In this document: piece by piece, positions 58,392 to 64,000 of the stretch
Numbering within the stretch: the first letter of the stretch is position 1
Layout of the letters: every line of letters begins with the position of its first letter
DNA from: an uncultured Pseudomonadales bacterium
GTDB lineage: Bacteria; Patescibacteriota; Microgenomatia; UBA1400; MFAQ01
Length of the DNA stretch: 64,000 nt
Direction of reading: 5' to 3'
NCBI GenBank assembly: GCA_964357975.1
Contig: CAYHNG010000005.1
Location: 1,031 to 65,030, forward strand
Position numbers and translations under genes: made by a program
The notes under the pieces: generated by a model
Told to the model about the DNA's origin: nothing
The model's input: only the letters and a program-made list of their open reading frames with translations
Database searches by the model: none

Positions 58392-59624
58392 ATGCCTGAA
58401 TTTGTCTATACAGGAGTAAGCCGGGATCAGTACAAAAGCGGCAGTTTGTCCGCCGGTTCGGACGCTGAAGCAGAAATGATTTTGTTGGAACAGGGAATAA
58501 CCGTGGTAAGTCTTGGTATCAAAAGACAGGTGAGTTTCGGAATATTTAGTAGTTATTTTTCGAGAATTTCCAGAGAGGTCAGTGAAAAAATGAGCCCTCA
58601 GGAAAAAGTGCTTTTTACGAGTCAACTTTCTTCGATGGTTAAAGCGGGGTTGCCTTTAATAGATGCTTTGGGGACGTTTGTTGATGAAAAAAGTAAAGGT
58701 GGGTCTGCGCTTGTTATCAACAAAATAATGCTCGATGTACAGTCCGGAGGGAAGCTGTCGGACGCATTGGCGCGTTTTCCCAAGATCTTTAACGCAACTT
58801 ATTTGGCGATTGTGCGAACCGGTGAAAATAGCGGCACTCTGGACGGTAGCTTGGGATATTTAGCCGACCTTTTGCGCAGGGAAAATGCTTTACTTACGAG
58901 AGTGAGGTCGGCACTAATTTATCCAACTGTGGTAGTAGTGGCAATGATTTCGGTGATGATCTTTATCAGTGTTTCAATTATTCCCAAAATCATCACCTTT
59001 GCTGAAAGTTCAGGACAAACATTACCCAGTTACACTTTGTTTTTGGTCTCAGCCGTTTCACTTGGGACGAAGTATTGGTATTTGGTATTGTCAGCGACGG
59101 TGGGTGTGCTGTTGGGGCTACTATTTTTCTTACGGAGTAGACGTGGCGGCCGGTGGTTGGGCAAAATTAGTCTCAAGTTGCCCTTGGTCGGCTTAGTGAT
59201 ATCAAGGTACAATCAGGCACGTTTCGCCAGGGTATTGGCCGGTTTCTATAATTACGGGGTGAATGTCGTAACATCCTTTGATATATTAGCGGCCAGCCTG
59301 GGGAACCCTTTATATAGTGATGCCTGCATAAGAATCAAAGACCGCTTGACCTTAGGGACTAGTTTGGCTGATGCGATCGCCGTGGAAAATGACCTCTTTC
59401 CAAGCATAATGACTAAATTGATTAAGGGTGCTGAAAAAACCGGGGTCATAGGTAACACTTTGGACAAATTGGCTCTCTATTATGAAGACGAACTGGAAAA
59501 CATATTGGGGAATATTTTGACATTAATCGAGCCGATTATGGTGTTTGTTTTGGGGTTTGGAGTATTGGGTCTTGCATTGGCCGTTATATTACCGATATAT
59601 AAAATAACCTCGACCTTAAAATGA
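58392..59624 (+). CDS. Second PilC/GspF platform protein
   Basis: GENSG, AEKTG, IEP...ILPIY. Confidence 0.9.
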   Translation: MPEFVYTGVSRDQYKSGSLSAGSDAEAEMILLEQGITVVSLGIKRQVSFGIFSSYFSRISREVSEKMSPQEKVLFTSQLSSMVKAGLPLIDALGTFVDEKSKGGSALVINKIMLDVQSGGKLSDALARFPKIFNATYLAIVRTGENSGTLDGSLGYLADLLRRENALLTRVRSALIYPTVVVVAMISVMIFISVSIIPKIITFAESSGQTLPSYTLFLVSAVSLGTKYWYLVLSATVGVLLGLLFFLRSRRGGRWLGKISLKLPLVGLVISRYNQARFARVLAGFYNYGVNVVTSFDILAASLGNPLYSDACIRIKDRLTLGTSLADAIAVENDLFPSIMTKLIKGAEKTGVIGNTLDKLALYYEDELENILGNILTLIEPIMVFVLGFGVLGLALAVILPIYKITSTLK

Positions 59625-60049
59625 TGATCATGCGTTTGCACACGGGCTTTACTTTATTTGAAGTCATAGCGGTGATGACGGTAGTCATGATAATTTCTAC
59701 ACTGGGAATTATTAACTTATCACGGTTACAGAGTGTATTTGTTCTGAGGAGTTCGGCTGACGAAATCAGAGCGATGATTCAGTACGGACGTGAATTGGCG
59801 GTTGCCAACAAGGACATGGCAAGCTACAGCCTTTCCCTTTCCGGGTCTGTTATCAAACTTCAAAAAAACGGGATGGAGTTTTCGCGGTACGTTGTTCCTC
59901 AGAAAGTAACAACAAACCCTTCATCTTTCAATTGGATTTTTTCCTCTATTACCGGTATTGTTCAAACATGTGCACCCTGTCAGTTACTGCTGACTTCGAA
60001 CGGACTAAATGAAATAATAAATATTCAGTCAAATGGCATTGTGGACTAG
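59621..60049 (+). CDS. Minor pilin
   Basis: TG|FTLFEVI. Confidence 0.75.
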   Translation: MMIMRLHTGFTLFEVIAVMTVVMIISTLGIINLSRLQSVFVLRSSADEIRAMIQYGRELAVANKDMASYSLSLSGSVIKLQKNGMEFSRYVVPQKVTTNPSSFNWIFSSITGIVQTCAPCQLLLTSNGLNEIINIQSNGIVD

Positions 60050-60512
60050 ACAGGATAACGGGTTTACCTTAGTCGAAGCGATGGTTTCGGTGGCGGTCCT
60101 GCTGGTATTGGCGGTGGGTAGTGTGGCGGCCAATAGATTAACCACCTCCAGCGTGACAATAAATCAGCTTCGTTCACAAGCAAATACCTTATCTGTTGAA
60201 GCGATGGAGGTGCTACAGAGTATGAGGGCTGAGAATTTTTTAGATTTGAGTGTGGGAGTTTTTCACCCCGTTTTTGACGGAAGCAGATGGAGCTTAGCGG
60301 CCGGACAGGAGATGATTGGGAGCTTTACCAGATCTATTACCCTTAGTCCGGTGCAGCGAAGCTTGGTTTGCTTTGCCGCCGTATGTGACATTACCGTTCA
60401 GGGTGGAATTGACGATCCGGGAAGTTTAAACGCCGACGTAAAGGTAAACTGGATGCAAAGCGGTCAAGACAAAGAAATTCATTTGACCTCATTAATTACA
60501 TACTGGCGATGA
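60033..60512 (+). CDS. Minor pilin (PilV-like)
   Basis: NG|FTLVEAM; FTRSI, VKVNW, ITYWR. Confidence 0.75.
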   Translation: MALWTRQDNGFTLVEAMVSVAVLLVLAVGSVAANRLTTSSVTINQLRSQANTLSVEAMEVLQSMRAENFLDLSVGVFHPVFDGSRWSLAAGQEMIGSFTRSITLSPVQRSLVCFAAVCDITVQGGIDDPGSLNADVKVNWMQSGQDKEIHLTSLITYWR

Positions 60513-61000
60513 AAGGTTTTACGCTGTTCGAAACACTTCTTGCGATGACCATAGTATCCCTTGTAAGTATTACCTCCGTTTATATTTTGTTTTTAAGTTT
60601 AAACTTACGTGACTTAACATTGACTACGACTAAAACGGATGAAAGTGTCAGAGTATTTGAAAGATCTTTTCGAGAAGCCGTACTAGGAGCCCAAAGTATC
60701 TCCGGAGATACCCACTCTATTTTTTTACGATCTCAGTCTGAATGCTGGAGCTTTGTCTACGATGACGGAAACAAAAATGTCAGGTATTCGGCTAAAATGC
60801 AAAGTGGCTGTACTCCTGATATCAACCCAAGCGATTTCTTTTTTCCTTCCTCAACAAAAATTGAAGATATTTCTTTTATAGTATCTCCTATCTCCACAGG
60901 TGGCCGACTGGTGAAAGTGAATGGTACGATCCAAACAATACTCCCCTTTGATGTTTTTCAAAAATCTTTTTCCTTGTCATATGTCAACCTTATTGATTAA
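60509..61000 (+). CDS. Minor pilin (PilW-like)
   Basis: MKG|FTLFETL. Confidence 0.75.
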   Translation: MKGFTLFETLLAMTIVSLVSITSVYILFLSLNLRDLTLTTTKTDESVRVFERSFREAVLGAQSISGDTHSIFLRSQSECWSFVYDDGNKNVRYSAKMQSGCTPDINPSDFFFPSSTKIEDISFIVSPISTGGRLVKVNGTIQTILPFDVFQKSFSLSYVNLID

Positions 61001-62392
61001 ATGAACATCTGTAATACTGTAAACGGACAACTTGGTCAGGTCCGTCTGCAACAACGGGGCTGTAAGCACTTCGGGCAGGCCAGTCTGGTTTTGGTCTTGA
61101 TCTTAGGATTGGTTTCGATTATGAGTGTTCTGGCCAGTAGCTCCTTGTCGATTAGTAATGTCCAAATCGAGGATACCATTACTCAAACAAATCAGGCCTG
61201 GTATGCGGCATGGTCCGGAGTGGATGAGATCATGTACCGGCTTCGGTCTCATCAAGACTTCGGCAATTCTTATTCGGTAGGACTCACACTGTCCAATGGG
61301 GCAACCGTATCGGCTTCGGTGATCGGAGATGGTAACCAAAAGATAGTGAGGTCTTCCGGGTACGATGGTGGTGTCATAAAAAACTTAGAAGTGACAATTG
61401 CGTCGTCTTCGAGTAAAGCCAGTTTTGTATTTGCCGCACAATCAGGAGAAGGTGGTTTTGAGTTGGAAGGAAACACGACGGTAACCGGAAGCAATGGTGC
61501 ACCCGGAAATGTTTATTCAAACGGCCCGGTCTTGGGAATTAGAGCAAATTCAGGTAATGCGGGTTCGAAAATATTAGGAAGTGTCTGGGCGGTTGGAGCC
61601 ATTGGAGGCTTGAACTCTCCGAATAGCGGAGGTGTGTATATTCAAAAAAACGCTTGGGCGAGTACCATGACGGCCTGTCTAATTGGAGGGAGTGTCAGAG
61701 CCAGCTCACCACCCACAAACTGTCCTTATAGCGGCAGTTTTGAAATTACTTCACCACCTCTGCCGGCCACCCTGTCCAGTGTTGATGCGGCTTATTGGAA
61801 AAATAAAGCCCTTGAGGGAGGAATTTGGGATGGTGATTGTAACATCGCAAGTTCGGATGGAACCGATTGCTCGAACGGGACGAAAATTATAGGTAACAAA
61901 GAAATATTAGGAAACTTGAATGTTCCCAGCGGTGTAAACTTAACGATTAATGGTCCATTGTGGATTAAAGGTGATGTAAATATTTCCCAGAATAATATTC
62001 TCAGTACCAGTGAAGACACTAACAAAAACTCGATTATGATAGTTGCGTCGGATCCGGACAACCCCACGCTTAAGGGAAGGGTGGTAACCAGTAGCAATGT
62101 GCAGTTTAACCGTAATTCACAGGGGGCAGGGATAATTTTTATTTCTGAGAATCAAAGCATGGACTGTGCAAATTTACCGGCTATTGATATGACGAGCAAC
62201 ACAGCCACGGTCGTGTTTGTGGCAATCAACGGTTGTATCAACGTTGGGTCAAATTCGCAGATAAACGGAATATTGGGTAAGAAAATTCACATAAAGAACA
62301 ATTCGACAATTCAATATGACCCCAGCTTAGCGAGAGCGATCGTAGTGCCTGATAGTGGCGGATGGAATGTTGTGAATATCCGCGAGTATTAG
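61001..62392 (+). CDS. PilX-like pilin with large beta-rich C-terminal domain
   Basis: FG|QASLVLVL, AWYAAWSG, GNVYSNG, IQYDP. Confidence 0.7.
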   Translation: MNICNTVNGQLGQVRLQQRGCKHFGQASLVLVLILGLVSIMSVLASSSLSISNVQIEDTITQTNQAWYAAWSGVDEIMYRLRSHQDFGNSYSVGLTLSNGATVSASVIGDGNQKIVRSSGYDGGVIKNLEVTIASSSSKASFVFAAQSGEGGFELEGNTTVTGSNGAPGNVYSNGPVLGIRANSGNAGSKILGSVWAVGAIGGLNSPNSGGVYIQKNAWASTMTACLIGGSVRASSPPTNCPYSGSFEITSPPLPATLSSVDAAYWKNKALEGGIWDGDCNIASSDGTDCSNGTKIIGNKEILGNLNVPSGVNLTINGPLWIKGDVNISQNNILSTSEDTNKNSIMIVASDPDNPTLKGRVVTSSNVQFNRNSQGAGIIFISENQSMDCANLPAIDMTSNTATVVFVAINGCINVGSNSQINGILGKKIHIKNNSTIQYDPSLARAIVVPDSGGWNVVNIREY

Positions 62393-62407
62393 TAAGATGA
62401 TATATAG

Positions 62408-63862
62408 ATGCCTGCCAAACCATCATTAGGACTCTATTTTAACGACAACTTCATTGAATTGTCTCAGGTGTCTTCCGATGGTGAAAGGCTGGAAAGATTT
62501 AATCAATTGGTTTTACCCCCGGGCTTGGTGGTGAATAGTGAAATAAAGAATCGCGGTGGTTTTATCCAAATCCTTCAATTACTATTTGGTACGGCTAAGC
62601 CTAAACCAATTAGTTTAAATAGCGATGTAGTAATTGGGGTAAACGATAATCGAGTATTTTTAAGTGAATTTTCGGTTCCCAACGTACCGGGTAAAAATCT
62701 TAGCGACGCTATAGATTATCAGATACGTTCATTATTACCGGTATTGCCAAGCGGAGTGGAAACAGATTCGGTTATCCTCGGTAAGACGGTTGAAGGTCTG
62801 ATCGAAGTGTTGCTGGCGGCTATTCCAAGAACGATTATCGAAAACTGTGTTTCAATCTGCACTCACTTGGGATTGCGAGTTTTGGCTGTTGAACCGGCAG
62901 TTTTTGCGAATATTAGAATTATTGAACCGAACCAGCTTCTGGGTAAAAATTTACTGCTGGTTTATCTAGGCGATACTTTTGGTGTGTTTTCTTTTGTAAC
63001 CGGTGGCAACCCACGATTTTCGGATTTTTTGCCTCAGTCGGAGATCGATAAAAATGGAGGAATTTCTAAGACGATTACCTCGTATGTCAACTTTGCTAAT
63101 TCAAAACATCCCAACCGGCCTGTAACGGAGCTGCTTGTTTCAGGATCCAGACAAGATATCAATGACGTGGCGCTAGATCTCAAAACCCAAAATATCATTG
63201 CGACTAAAGCGGTCAGTCGTTTGGAGGGTACCAAGGTAATAAACCATACACTGTTACACACCTCCCACGGCTTGGGCCTTAAAACATTTGACTCACAGCC
63301 TTCGTTAAATCTTCTACCGGTCGATTTTCGGCTGGCCATTGTTAAGAACCGCCTGATGCGTTATTGGAGGGTTGCGATGGATATAGTAATAGCATTTTCT
63401 CTGGTGGGTGTCTTGGCTTTGTATTACATTGACGCGCAGGCAGTTACAGACAAAAATGAACTATCTATGCTTTCCGATCGGTATCAACAGCGACTACAAC
63501 TCCCACAAAGTCAGACACTTATATCTCAAGCCGAACATTTAAATCAGGTCACGGGTCAGCTGATGACCCTAAGAGAGAGTACAGGTGGTGAGGAAAATAT
63601 CTTGAAGGAACTTTCTGCAGTAACTCCGGAAGGAATTGTTTTGACCAGTTTGGTGATTAGCAGAAACCCTGGAGTAAAGAAGTTGTACGAACAGGGAAAC
63701 TCTTGGGTGATCACAGGATCGGCCAATTCAAGGCCGTTGGTACTAAGTTTTTATAACGATTTGCTCTCGAATACCACCTTTTCCGATGGTAAGCTTTATT
63801 TTGGGAGTTTGGAAAAAGAGGTTGGGATTACCTTTCGCATAGCTAACATACCCACCAAATGA
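62408..63862 (+). CDS. PilM-PilN fusion-like protein
   Basis: PilM-like N-terminus (LGLYF, VLLAAIP, LAVEP, LLVSG), then LNLLP, a TM helix and PilN-like TPEGIVL. Confidence 0.7.
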   Translation: MPAKPSLGLYFNDNFIELSQVSSDGERLERFNQLVLPPGLVVNSEIKNRGGFIQILQLLFGTAKPKPISLNSDVVIGVNDNRVFLSEFSVPNVPGKNLSDAIDYQIRSLLPVLPSGVETDSVILGKTVEGLIEVLLAAIPRTIIENCVSICTHLGLRVLAVEPAVFANIRIIEPNQLLGKNLLLVYLGDTFGVFSFVTGGNPRFSDFLPQSEIDKNGGISKTITSYVNFANSKHPNRPVTELLVSGSRQDINDVALDLKTQNIIATKAVSRLEGTKVINHTLLHTSHGLGLKTFDSQPSLNLLPVDFRLAIVKNRLMRYWRVAMDIVIAFSLVGVLALYYIDAQAVTDKNELSMLSDRYQQRLQLPQSQTLISQAEHLNQVTGQLMTLRESTGGEENILKELSAVTPEGIVLTSLVISRNPGVKKLYEQGNSWVITGSANSRPLVLSFYNDLLSNTTFSDGKLYFGSLEKEVGITFRIANIPTK

Positions 63863-64000
63863 AAGTTCAGCCACCAATAATCCAATTACTTTTATTATTT
63901 ATGATTGCGTTGGCGTCTGGGTTTTATTTTGTCAAGACGGTCAGGGATATAGAGAGTGTCAATAAATTGAAAGTGGAAGTGGCTAGACAGGAAACCAATA
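63859..64000 (+). CDS. Probable PilO-like protein (partial)
   Basis: ATGA overlap; MKVQPPIIQLLLLFMIALASGFYFV... runs off the window; identity inferred from position. Confidence 0.5.
   Translation, partial: MKVQPPIIQLLLLFMIALASGFYFVKTVRDIESVNKLKVEVARQETN

Noticed and set aside
61023-61045. ACGGAC...GTCCGT hairpin in the long PilX-like leader as a third leader insertion
   Set aside because: Only a 6-bp stem, with no match to other repeats seen

Overview
This is a chromosomal window from a small-genome bacterium. Gene content, domain-truncated PheT, trigger factor and HolB, secretin-less type IV pilus loci and leaderless gene starts point to Patescibacteria/CPR, probably Microgenomates; the lineage is an inference. 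Contents: an accessory transport/detox block (1-8.4 kb), a Xer-type recombinase, gyrB-ppaC-gyrA-NUDIX-pyrG, three type IV pilus gene blocks, tdk with a nucleoside-deoxyribosyltransferase/ribbon-helix-helix fusion, recG-rpmF-nusB-rnc-rpsP-khpA, a class A PBP, infC-rpmI-rplT-pheS-pheT, and four tRNAs. The most striking feature is a pair of paralogous Y1-HUH (RAYT-like) transposase loci (18.6-19.4 kb and 44.6-45.4 kb). Each carries four copies of its own 23-bp palindrome in the same layout: one just upstream of the -10 box, two translated inside the ORF, one downstream. The two palindrome types differ only by compensatory base-pair changes. The window also holds other small palindromic elements: inside prepilin leader peptides, nested in each other, and in ~140-bp modules bounded by duplicated tRNA 3' ends. 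All calls come from manual motif reading; no searches were run.
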